From positions 9,178,001 to 9,242,000 of the forward strand of contig CM075990.1 of the NCBI GenBank assembly GCA_038087875.1: a stretch of 64,000 nt of DNA, given 5' to 3'. This document shows positions 14,372 through 26,240 of this stretch, in pieces. A program made the position numbers and the translations under genes. Within the stretch, counting starts at the first letter, position 1. Every line of letters begins with the position of its first letter. Below the pieces are notes generated by a model, which was not told where the DNA came from, did not search any database, and worked only from the letters and a program-made list of their open reading frames with translations. The stretch comes from Malacoraja senta (Eukaryota).

Positions 14372-14667
14372 CTGAAAAAATGAAGACAAGTACAGATAAA
14401 TAGTGATTGAGTCACGTTACAGACAAAGGTAAAGACAAGATCAATAGATGCATAGCAAGGTTACTCTGCCTGACTTACATATGCACTGATCTGGGAGATC
14501 AATTTTTCTTTTTTTAGCCCATGTCCATTCAGCCTGTGCTGAAATAAATGGATCACTGCAACTGGTCTTAGCAATCGCATACCAGACAAAGGGAACTTAA
14601 TCTGCTGTATGCGTGTATGTGAATAAACTGATAACAAAATGGAAGTAAGGTACCTGTATTGTTGAGC

Positions 14668-14898
14668 AAAAATGAAGTACTGGCAGATCTCAGCAGGTCA
14701 GGCAACATCTGTGGAGGGAAATGGACAGACGACCTTTCGGGGCGGAATCCTTCTTCAGATCCTTTTCCAGTCTGAAACGGGGTTTTGACCCAAAACATTG
14801 TCTGTTTATTTCCCTCCATAGATGCTGCCTGACTTGCTGAGTTTCTCAAATGCTTTGTTTTTTGCTTAAGATTCCAGCATCTGCAGATATTTGTGTAT
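14668..14898. repeat. Penelope-derived fold-back repeat
   Basis: ctcagcaggtcaggcaacatctgtggagggaaat ... atttccctccatagatgctgcctgacttgctgag. Confidence 0.75.
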
Positions 14899-16754
14899 CC
14901 GTATTATTAAGTGCATCGCTGAGTTAGCTCTGTGTCTCGTCCAGTTCTGTGAACTACTGGAGTCACATCGTAGCAGGTAACGAAACCAAACTAAATAATA
15001 TCATTTTTACAGTGATATTCCTCTCATACCAATGGCACTATCAATAAACATAGTTCTTCAACGATGATCATTTAAGGTATTCAAGCCAGCAAATCACAAT
15101 TATTATTATTTTTTTTAATGAAGTTACAGACCAAGCATGCCGAGTTGTTATCTTTCCAGAAAGTGACAACCCATATTCATAGAAATCTTTTCAAGATCAA
15201 TGTTTCCTTCCATTGGATTAGGGATTCCTCCTGTGCCTCACATGAGAAGGCAGTGGCAACCCAGATAGTATGTGTCAGCATAAAAGAGCATATGCTCCTA
15301 TATCTGGACCTGGACATTCAAAACAAGAACATAAGAAAAAGGAGCTCCTCAAATAGCCCCTTGGGCCCCCTCTGCCATTTAAAAAGAATCATGACAAATC
15401 TTTTAAATCAAGCTCTATTTTAGGATTCCTCACAACTCTATTGATCTCATACTTGACTGAACCTCAAGGCAGAGAATTCGAAAGAAATTACAAAGTTCAG
15501 ATTGAAGAGATCTCGGTATTAAATGGCTAAACCTTTATCCTGAAACTGCGAATTGTTCTTGACTTCCAGCCGGGGTAAGAACTTCTCACAATCCATTCAA
15601 TCAAACCCTTATAGATGTTTTGGTGAGCACAGCACTAACTGATAAATACCAAAAAATAAAAATCTATTTGATTTAACCTCTCCTCAAAGTTTAGACTTTT
15701 CATCCAAGAATCAATTATGAGAGCAATCTTTAAAATACCTCCGTGATAGTGATACCAAAACAGCATCTCAGATGCAGTCTAATCAGAGGCCAGTTGGTAA
15801 GACAGCAATTCTTCAATGTATTTAGTTGTATTTTAAGTGTGTGACATTAAAAAAAAGGGTTTTTTTAAAAACAAATCCCATTGAAGTCACAAGAAGGTGT
15901 CAGACCAATAGATAAATCTTTTCTGGAAGAGCATTGAAGTTTAGACCAAGTTTAGCATTGATAGTTTTTCTGAGAGGCATTTGGGTGTCACTGGAAGAGA
16001 CCCAGAGCTGTTCAGGACCATGCTGCTAATCCATGAGTAAACATCCCAAGTAAAGACAACATTCAAGAAATAGCAGGATTGAAGGACAGGCAGCTGGCTA
16101 TCTCAGGATAGGCAAATGTATGCACACATTTCCAGGACTGAGGTTCCATGCCAATTCACCCCTCCCAAAATTAGTTCTGAGAATACACTTCAAACTCTTA
16201 CTTTCCTGTCTTATTTCTAGGACCAAATAATGTGGTAGAGTGATGCTTTTAATTCTGCAATGATCATGGACTTAATTGTATAGCTCCTCATTGCTGTAAG
16301 CAGTTCAGCAAAGGCTTGTAAAGAATTTAAACACAGTTCGTCAAGTCTGTGTTCAGCAAGCAACATTTCACAAAAGTAAATTTGCATGTATATATTAATA
16401 AGTTTACTTTGCCAACGTGATCATAATTTTAATATCAAGGATATGACTATGTAATATTTTGCTTTTTGTTTTCAGTTGGAGTTCCAGGATTAATCAACAT
16501 TACGTATAAAAATAATATGTAGAAACAAGGCTCTGCAGATGCTGGTTTACACAAAAGGACACAAAGTGTTGGGAATAACTCAGTGGGTCAGACAGCATCT
16601 CTGAAGAACATACACCATTCAGTATATTATTCATACCCAAATAATATACCTGAACTACAGGTCAATGTGAAATAAAAATTTTGAGCTAAAATTCCTAATT
16701 TCAGTTTTATGTGTCAGGCTATCACCTATACCAGCAAATACCAAAATTCCTTCT

Positions 16755-16980
16755 GTGCAGGAAGGAACTGCGGATGCTGGTTTAAACCAAAGATAGACAC
16801 AAAAAGCTGGAGTAACCCAGTGGTTCAGACAGCATCTCTGGATCAAAAGGAAAAGGTGACGTTTCAGGTCGAGACCCTTCTTCAGATCTGAAGAAGGGTC
16901 TCGACTCGAAACGTCACCTATTTCTTTTCTCCAGAGATGCTGTCTGACCCACTGAGTTATTCCAGCTTTTTTGTGTCTAT
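16755..16980. repeat. Penelope-derived fold-back repeat with hammerhead-like core and 14-bp TSD
   Basis: About 95-bp arms centred on cagatctg (16886/16887). CTGAAGA at 16888, GAAACGTC at 16908. Flanks ccaaaattccttct / ccaaaatttcttct. A half copy lies at 16522-16611. Confidence 0.85.
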
Positions 16981-17520
16981 CCAAAATTTCTTCTCTTCTG
17001 TAAGTGGGGTTCAGTGAAATTAAGTTGGATTGCAGATATTTGGATGCAAAGACAAGATGCATCTCCAAACATATGAGATCAGTCACCTCTTGCACTAAGA
17101 CAGCTGACTTTAATAAATCCAAAAGCCTCATTAAAAATAGATTCTAGTAGAGAAACCAAAGCCTAAAAGTCAGTAAACTGTAATCATTGGTACTTAGCCA
17201 CAAACACCAATTACTTTCCCTCTAATTGCACTAAAGAGGCATCAGTTGTTAGTTGTAGAGTCTCCTAATCAAAGGAGACATTCATCTAACATTTCAATTT
17301 CAGGCAGTCATTGATGTCTGTAACCTGTTCATTTCACATGAGGACCCCATAAAAGAGCTTTTAAAAAAAATTGCATAAATAGATCAACTAAACTCATGGA
17401 AAATTCAAGTTTGAAATATCAACAGTCACACGGCATGGTTCAAAGGAACCCAAAATTATATATGAAAATTGGTGTTAACATAGCTTTTTAAAAACTGAAA
17501 ACTGAAACTGAATATAAATT

Positions 17521-17659
17521 AAAAAAGCTGGAGTAACAGGCAGCATCTCTGGAGAGATGAAATGGGTGACATTTCGGGTTGAGACCCTTCTTCAGACTGC
17601 GACCCGAAATGTCACCCATTCCTTCTCTGTTTAAACCAGCATCTGCAGTTCCTTCCTGC
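17521..17659. repeat. Penelope-derived repeat with perfect 14-bp TSD
   Basis: actgaatataaatt at 17507-17520 and 17660-17673. Confidence 0.8.
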
Positions 17660-17963
17660 ACTGAATATAAATTGCTAGCTTCCTTTCAGAATCTTGACTT
17701 TTGTTCTGGGAAATCAGACTCTGTGTCCTTAACTGAACCCATCATCATGAAACTGCTGTTGAACATTAGCAGAGAGCAGGCAGCATAATGTGTGTCTGTA
17801 CCCTCGGGCAAAGGAGCATAAACAAAATACAGCAAAAGAACCAATATACCTCATTATATAATATACCATTATATAATATACCATATTATATATCAATATA
17901 CCATATTATACAAATGTACAACTGCAAGTCCCAAATCTTAGAGTTAACTATGATACCAAATCT

Positions 17964-18050
17964 TGGGCGGCACGGCGGCATGGTGGTGGAGTTGCTGCCT
18001 TGCCACGCCAGAGATCACAGGGTTCGATCCTGACTATTGGTGCGTGTCTG
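17964..18050 (+). mobile_element. HE1/V-SINE 5' (tRNA-like) fragment
   Basis: ggcatggtggtggagttgctgcc ... gggttcgatcctgact. Confidence 0.7.
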
Positions 18051-18094
18051 CACAACCAAGTCATTTTGATAGTGCATGAGAAAAACATTGGATC

Positions 18095-19550
18095 ATGGAG
18101 CAAGTACGTAAAGGAGTGCATGTCGAAGAAGACAATCCGAGTGTTCCCCAACCGGAAATTATGGATGAACCATGAAGTACATTAACTAGGTATGTTACAA
18201 AACTTACCTTCAGTCGCGCTGTAATTCTGCCACTGGCCGTGTGCGCGATTTTGGCGCCTTTAAGGGGGGGCGGGGTTAAAACGCGGGTTTCTCCTCCCTT
18301 GTCCTGGTTAATATTTTGTTGGAGTACAAGCCTTGGCTGACAAATCGTTCCTAGCGGCGTTTTGTGAATTTTTTATTTTTATTAAATTGTCAATGTCAGC
18401 TCTAGAGTAATTTTAAAAGCAGCTCCTGAAGCGTCAACGCCGATAACGGGGACGGATTTCACAACAGGGACAGGTAAACGAAAGTGGTTTCTTTAAATGT
18501 ATAAAAGTGCTTCTTAAGAAGCCTTTAATTCACATTTTTTCATGCGACACGGTGATTTTATTCCCCGAATTAACGGCAGTATTTTTCATGCCAATACGGG
18601 GTTAAATTCACCGCAAATGAACGTTCCAAAAGATCGCGTTCCAGAAATCCTCACTAGCAAGATGATTTAAATGCCCATTAATTTACAGGTATTAAACATT
18701 CAATTCCTTCCATTTGGGCTGTAAATTCATGAAAATTAGATTTAAAAATTATGTTATATTATGAATTATTGTGTGAATGTTATTTGGACACTTAGGCTAT
18801 TTAAAAATGTTAATCTATTCTTAAGAAATTGATAGATGTTTAGATCTAGTAATTGAATTTTGTAATTAGCTACAATTAGGTAACTAACTAATTATATGCT
18901 TTACTTTCATGTCTTCGAAGTAAGATTGTTTCATATTTGTTTCAGAATGCTTCAATCTATAATAACTGAAAAATTCTTTCAGTTATCATAATTTTTAAGA
19001 AAGTTATGGGCTTTTAACTGTCCTCGATCACAGCTTTTGTGTTAAGTCAATGGAAAAGCAATAGGGAACTAGATGCTAATTTCTGAGTATGAAAATGGCC
19101 ATAACGTTTTTAATACTGAAGATATGAAAGTGAATTAAGTGTCAATTTAAACTTCTTTTTATGCTTTATCTGATGGGATAAATTGCAGACTTTATTTTTT
19201 AAATCTCAAAATTTTGTAACATTGCTACATTCACAGGTGAAGGCCAGGTCCGTTGCATACAAGTCAAATTATCCCAAATGATACAAGAAAGAAGGCAAAT
19301 GATCTGAGTAGGCAACTGAACCATCCTATCACCAACTAGAGAGTAGTTCTACGCTACCATTCACCTCATTGGAGTTCGTGCACTATCTTTAATTGGACTT
19401 TACTGAACTATATATTGCACTAAATGTTACTTGCTTTATCCTGTATCTGTACACTGTGGATGGCTCAATTGTACTCATATATAGTTTTTCCAGTGACTGG
19501 AAACAAAAAGATTTTCACTGTACATTGGTATATGTGACAATAAACTAAAG
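18095..19550 (+). mobile_element. Internally deleted Rex1/Babar-like element, interrupted by TIR element copy 3
   Basis: KKTIRVFPNRKLWMNHEVH (left) continues as VKARSVAYKS (right of 19234), followed by a Rex-type 3' end tgtgacaataaactaaa. Confidence 0.6.
18187..19227 (+). mobile_element. Non-autonomous TIR DNA element, copy 3 (7-bp TSD CATTAAC/CATTCAC)
   Basis: Same termini as copies 1 and 2; TSD at 18180-18186 and 19228-19234 with one mismatch. Confidence 0.9.
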
Positions 19551-19573
19551 TAAACTGTTGTCAGGAGGTTGTT

Positions 19574-19700
19574 TAAGAAGGAACTGCAGATGCTGGAAAA
19601 TCGAAGGTTGACAAAAATGCTGGAGAAACTCAGCGGGTGAGGCAGCATCTATGGAGCGAAAGAAATAGGCAACATTTCGGGCCAAAACATTGCCTATTTG
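19574..19700. repeat. Penelope-derived repeat, partial
   Basis: aagaaggaactgcagatgctgg ... aactcagcgggtgaggcagcatctatggag ... aataggcaacatttcgggccaaaacattgcctatt. Confidence 0.7.
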
Positions 19701-19819
19701 CCTTGTAGTCTGGAAGTGTTGAGAAAGGATATGCGCAAATAAACAAAAAACTCTCCCAACATCATAATGAGTACAATCATCACAATAATTAGTCTTAAAC
19801 AACGGCAGCATCAACTGAG

Positions 19820-20320
19820 AAAAGGCCTGTTACCTCAGTGGTAATATTACTTTGGTCATAACTTGAACACTGCATGTAGTTTTGCTCTCTGTTTTGCACG
19901 AAATATGGAATTGGACTTGAAAGGGTGCACAGCAGATTTACAAGACTTTTTTGGCAACACTCAGAAATTGAAGCCTTGAGGAAAGAATTGATAAGCTTGC
20001 TTCTTTGGAACAAAGGAAGTTGAGAGATACTTCATTCAGACAAATAAAGCAATAACGGGGGCAGACAATTCAGAGGGATCAATTTTTCTTAACAGAGGAA
20101 TCATTTGACATGGAGTAAGATGATGAAAAACGTTTCCACCCAAAGTGTAGCATAAGTCTGGAATTCACCATCTGAGGCAGATACCGTTAGCACAAAAACA
20201 TCATTGGATGTGCAAAAGAACTGTGATCTACAGGGGCCTACTGCTGAAAGCTGGACGGATCCTTTTCCATTGGCTGACATGATAGGATGAATGGCTTCCT
20301 TCTGCATTGCAAATATTAAA
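19820..20320 (+). mobile_element. Highly degenerate CR1
   Basis: Remnants of LE.VQRRFTR coding and the CR1 3' end. Confidence 0.5.
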
Positions 20321-21619
20321 ATGCACTCGTACTCTGTTAACCAAAAAGATTTAGCCTCGCATTTCACACATCTGTAATCTGCTCATTAAAGTACTTGTTA
20401 TTGTTTTAACGCAGCTTGAAACTGCTAATGATGCACTGAATCCTAAAAGAAGTACTAAAAATCCCTTTATACAGTTCAGAGTATAGTTTAATTCTGATAA
20501 ACTTGACCACAGGTCAATTTTAATCAATTTTGCCTCAAAGGGCAGCTTATTCAAGCTAGAAAGCCTGTACATCAAGGCATTTGCTGGTTTAGTGGTCATT
20601 GGAAAAGCATTAAGCTTGTTTTTTTTATTCTTCTCAAATTACGTTATATCACATTTATCCCCTTTATATTCTATCTGCACATTCCTGTCCACCAGCTTAA
20701 TCTGCCCACATATGCACCCTCCTCACAACTCTCCTTCACATCCACCATCAATTCTGAGTAGTTATTTAACTCTTTGAGATTGTATTTATAGGAACTGTCA
20801 CACCGTTTCGGTTTGGTAAGTGATCTATTTTCTTTCCAATTCGTCATTGGTAAACAGTCAAGCCATTTCTCAGCATTCTAGTGCTTAATATCATTTCATT
20901 CCCAGAATGAGACTAGGACCCATTATTTATTCATTAATAGCCCTGTGACTTCATTAACAGGAGATGAATTTCTGAAATTAAGCTTCACCATGACTCTGAC
21001 GGGTGTCGAAATAAAGTTTTGGTGGCACAATTCTTTGATCAATTCTACCTCTGTTTTCTATATAAAAAGTGAGCGGTTGTCAGTCAGTTGCCCGTTGGCA
21101 GCAGTTGGGATAAATCCCAGTGCCCGCTGACAAAAGCCTCAGTTTTCCGACACTCAATTCTCCAGATTTTACACTGATAGAATAAATATCTCCCGTTGGC
21201 TGGAAAGCAATAATCACAGACGACAATACAAGAGGGGACACGGTCACATAGTGAAACTGAGTGGCAGCAGGTCAGTGGCTGCCGTGATGGCTTGTTTTCT
21301 TTATTGCTCTGTACTTTTTATCCCATGTGATAATTTTAGAATTTATTTTCTATACTGAATGAGATGATCCTTATATTCAGTGAACTATTTATCACAAGAA
21401 CTGAGATTTTACATAGATGTTATAGATCACATACATTTTAAAATAATTTAATTGAACAATTTGATAAAATGACAAGCTAGATTGTTCTTCCAGTTTTTTT
21501 CTCCTTTCAGTTCTGATGCCAATTTTATCTGCAGATGCTATACGCAAGTGAAATATTTCCTTCTTTCTCGAGCAATATTTCTGCTCTTCTGTTGCTATCT
21601 CTTTACTGGGTCACTCCCC

Positions 21620-21895
21620 ACAGTTATTAGTAGGCATTGAGTTCCATCAGATAATTGTAAGTAGACACTGGGTGTATCTCGATGGTTGCCAGTGGGCACT
21701 GGATTTACCCGGACAGTTACCAATGGGCACTGGATTCAATCTGATAATTATGTGGGCACTAGATTTCTCCCAACAGGTGCCAGCGGGCACTGGATTTATC
21801 CTAACTGCTGCCAACGGGCAACTGGATTTATGCAGACAGTTGTCAGTGGGCACTGGATTACTCTTGATAATTGTAGGTGGGTTCTGGACTTCTGA
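21620..21895. repeat. Degenerate ~30-bp tandem repeat (core gggcactggattt)
   Basis: About 8 diverged units; an inverted partial copy lies at 21083-21132. Confidence 0.7.
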
Positions 21896-24814
21896 TAGTT
21901 ATTTACTAGTACATGCCTTTTAGAATATCATCCATATAAAAAGGATGTAAAATTGATAATAGGGTTCTGCACCATTATTAATATGCGTCCAACATTCCTA
22001 ACTAATAACATTTGATGGCATATTAATATTATAAATTCAAGCATTCCTAGTATGTAAATAATTTATTATAAACCATGCACAACAAAATGTTGAATTAAAA
22101 TTCTTCATAAATACCTTATAAATTATCTATAAATTATAAATGCTCTGATGTTGCACTCAATGGAGAAGTTAATTGGAAACAAGGTGAAAGACTTTCTAGT
22201 CTGTGGTCCTAACTTACACAAAGTAAGGTGATTGAACAACAATTTGTACAATCATCTCAGCCCAATGATATTGCCACTAAATCGTCTGAAGGATGGCAGA
22301 TCCAACTATTTTCAGCTGCATTTATTTTTTTTCTGATTTATTATTTCCATCATAAGATCACAATTTGAAATATTAGCTGATGGTCATATTATGTTTAATT
22401 CTATTTGTAAAGCCGCAGCTCATACCTGTAAGCTGTAAAACCTGGACTAAATGTGCAGTCAGAACCTGGGTGTCCAGAATAATCACCTCCCAACTCCTGA
22501 AAGCATTTCCACCATCTACAAGGTAAGTCAGGAATGCGTTGGAGAACTCTTCACCTACATGAGAAAGTGCAACTCTGGTCACACTAAAGAAGCCTAACAT
22601 CATCCAAGACAAGGCAATCCACCAGAACAATTAAAATATCTCTACCTTGCACTGTCAAACCACTGTGGCTGCAATATCTACACTTACAGTAACTCAGACT
22701 TGAATCATAAAAAATGGTGCCAAAACATACAACTCTTGTATACTGTCTCAATGTACTATTCCTATACATTTACACTTAACTAAGATTGTGCTTATGTGTA
22801 GTAATACTTTTACTAAACTGTATGCAAAAAAGTAACAGTCTCAAAATAGAACTGCTCGGAACTAATGGAGAAAGGAATTTCTTCATCTAGAATATGTTAA
22901 TTCTTTGAAATTCGTGACTGAAAAATAGCTGTGGAGACTCAGTGACTGAATACATCAATGTGGAGATTAATACATTTTTGGATACTAGGGGATTTGAGGC
23001 TTTGATTAAGACTTAAAAGTGGCACAAGACAAATGATCAACAATGAAAATATTAACTGGTGAAAACAGGCATAACCTAATGTTCTAGTCAGCAGTAGTAT
23101 TGATTGCATACCTTTTGTTGACTGCAACTCTCCTCTATACTCTCCTCTTACATCACCAAACATGTGAGTTTATAATTGGCCTCTGCTGATAATTTGTAAG
23201 TTTATCACATCTTCAGATCTCTTATACAATAATGGATTATTCTCCTGTTTATTCCTCATATGTATTCAAAAAGAAGTAAAAAATGAAAAGTGAAGGGAGA
23301 GTACGGAAAAATTAATAAAATAGTTCAATTTTACACTCCCTTCATAATGAAAATGGAAATATTGCATGCTTGTGATATCGTTAATCAGGGTTGAGGAAAA
23401 TTCTTTCTGCTCAAGTTGGCTCAGTGATAAAAATAAGGAAAATGTAAATATTGCAATCTGATACAAATCAGAGTGACTTAACTTCATAAAATCTAATCAA
23501 CTTCTCTGATTTTTAATGCAATAACCGAATATTTATATACTGTGGAAATTTCATTTTGTTTCATTTAATATGACAGTAGTTTTATGAAAAATGCAATGGA
23601 ACTGGTCTCACAGCACCTGAGTATTCATAAATGATCACGAGGGAAGATGAGAATATGAGAAATCAGTGGTATTCTGCTACATCTTCACAAGTTAAAGGAT
23701 TAGGTATGACAGTATGAATGCTTAAAGTTCACTGGAAGATGTGCAAGTAGTTTCTAGTTTGTTGATTCCCAATTTACATTTTGTTGATTCTCAATGTTCC
23801 AAAACTATCTTTTAACCACTTCATTGCAGTTGGTCTTGGACAGTTTAAAATATCATTTGAACAATATCATTGGTTTTAATCACAGAGTACAGCGAGTCTC
23901 TTCTCACAATCAGGTTTCCATTACATGACACTGCCGAAAAACTGTTTAGAAGGATTGAAAGTGCATTTTATTTTTAACTTATTCAACACTCAGAATAACA
24001 GGCTGAAGTGGTTTAAGGATAGTGGTCAGAATGATGATAGTTTTCACAAGAAGAGTGGTTGACCTGCCGCTCAGTTATCCGCCTTTGGCGAGGAGACTAG
24101 TTTATATGAAATCACACTACTTGTGGAAGTGTCATTTTGTTTCAATTAATATGACTATTAAGCTTTATAAAAAAAGTTGTAACAGCAATTTCTTAACTTT
24201 TTAATGTCCAACTTTTAATTACCGTTACTACTCAGGGATGTGGAGGAGATATAGTTTACACATTAACGGATAGCAAAAACAAATCTTCCAGTCGGTTTTT
24301 CTTGATTAATTGGTTTTTTATTGAAGTAATACAAAACAAAGAAATAATTTATAACTTTTCGTTCTTACTAACTGTTCTTCCGTGTGGCATCTCGTGAACA
24401 TAAACATGAACATGATCGTGGTAAAAACTATTGTCCTCACCATCCCTCGAGGCAAACTAAACTTTAAATCTCTGTGTCTGTGCTAGCCTCTCCAGATGTA
24501 GACACACCACTCTACGTAGCAAATCCCACCTACCAGCGTACATACAGATAAGAATAAGAAATATCTAGACATGACTATAATATACAGACTTAAGCATAAA
24601 TGGCTCCTACAAAAGTAATTCATCTGGTCTTATTTCACCTGAACCCTCACAATATGACCATGATTGAATATGAAAACATAAAACAAAAATAATTGCGGAT
24701 AGTCAAACGTTTTGTCTTGGAATCAAGTATTTCTCAGCCTTTAAAAAAAAAGATAAATGTTTATAGGAAAGAATGAAGAACTTGTTTCATCACGCATCTT
24801 CTTGATGCGATGTA

Positions 24815-24985
24815 TCCAAGAGCGAGTTAGATGAAGCTCTTCGGGCTAACAGAATCAAGGGATATGGGGAGAAAGCAGGAACAGGGTACTGATTTTGGAT
24901 GATCAGCCATGACCATATTGAATTGCAGTGCTCGCTCGAAGGGTCGAATGGCCTACTCCTACACTTATTTTCTTTGTTTCTATGC
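24815..24985 (+). mobile_element. CR1 3' end fragment, followed by an HE1 SINE head at 25010-25118
   Basis: ggatatggggagaaagcagg...gatcagccatga...gaatggcctactcct. Confidence 0.7.
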
Positions 24986-25244
24986 TTCTCCTCAGGATAT
25001 TCCAAAGTAGGCAGCACAGTGGCACAGCGAGTAGAGCTGCTGGCTCACAGCACCAGAGACTCAGGTTCGATCCTGACCTTGGGGGTCATCAGTGTCGAGT
25101 TTGCATGTTTTCCCTGTGGCCTATCCAGACATTGGGTTCCTCCAGATGATCAGGTTTACTCTATTGCCTCAAAGATGGATGTACGTATTGGATGCTTGCA
25201 AGAAGTGGAGTTCCATGGGTAATAAGAACCATGGGTAACAAGAA

Positions 25245-26240
25245 CCTTGCTGTTTGTAATACATGTGATTGATCTGTATGTGGATGTAGGAGGCATGATC
25301 AGTAAGTACACTGTTGACATGAAGATTGGTGGAGTTGTTAATAGTGTGGAGGTCGCTTGAAGCTATCAATGTGCTGGTGAAATGGTCTGAGAGATGGTAA
25401 ATTAAATGTATTTAATCCTAATAAATGTGAGATGATGCATTATTAGAAGGTTAATGAAGCTGGGGCATACACTATCAACAGTAGGTCAAGGGATTATTGA
25501 GCCAAACAGTCCTTTGTGTACGGCCAAAGTTATGCAGAGCGCAGATAGATAATGCGGTTTAGATAGCATATGTGATTCTCCTTCACATCTCGGGCTACTG
25601 TATGCAAGAGCAGGGAGATTATGTATGCTCTGATTTTATAAACGATTGATCAGATCTCATTTGGAGTACTGCGTGTTGTTCTGGTTACACAATAGCAAAG
25701 ATTAGATAGCGTTGGAGAGGGTGCAGAGTATATTCACCAGGATGTTACCTGTCATGGAACATTACATTTATGAGGAGAGGCTGGCTAGGTCTATGTCCCC
25801 TGGAACAGGAGGTTAAGAGGGAACATCACAGAGGTACATAACATGATGAGAACTCTAGAGTAAACTGAAGGAAATTTTCCGCCATACATGAGGTAGATAA
25901 AATTAAAGGGTCTGGAGTTAGGATAAGGGACATTGCTTTATGGTATGCCATAAATGATTTGTAGGTAGAAATAACCATATGCTGGTTAATACACAAATAC
26001 ACAAAAGGACACAAAGTGCTGGAGTAACTCAGCAGGTCAGGCAGCATCTCTAGAGAACATGGATAGGTGACGTTTCGGGTCGAGTTTGGCTCTTCTTCAG
26101 TCTTAAGAAGTATCTAGACAAGCACTTGAATCCCCTCAGCATGGAAGCCCAAATGGGGTTCATAGGTCAAGTGCTGTAACATGGGATTAATACGGATGGG
26201 TATCAACTAGTTAGCATGAACATGATGGGTCAAATGACTT
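25245..26240 (+). mobile_element. Degenerate CR1 RT-to-3' region interrupted by a Penelope-derived half repeat (25980-26103)
   Basis: HLEYC..FW and LERVQ..FTRMLP remnants; CR1 3'UTR at the end. Confidence 0.65.

Noticed and set aside
17840..17912. AT-rich (ataccattatata)-like repeat
   Set aside because: Ordinary short low-complexity slippage repeat
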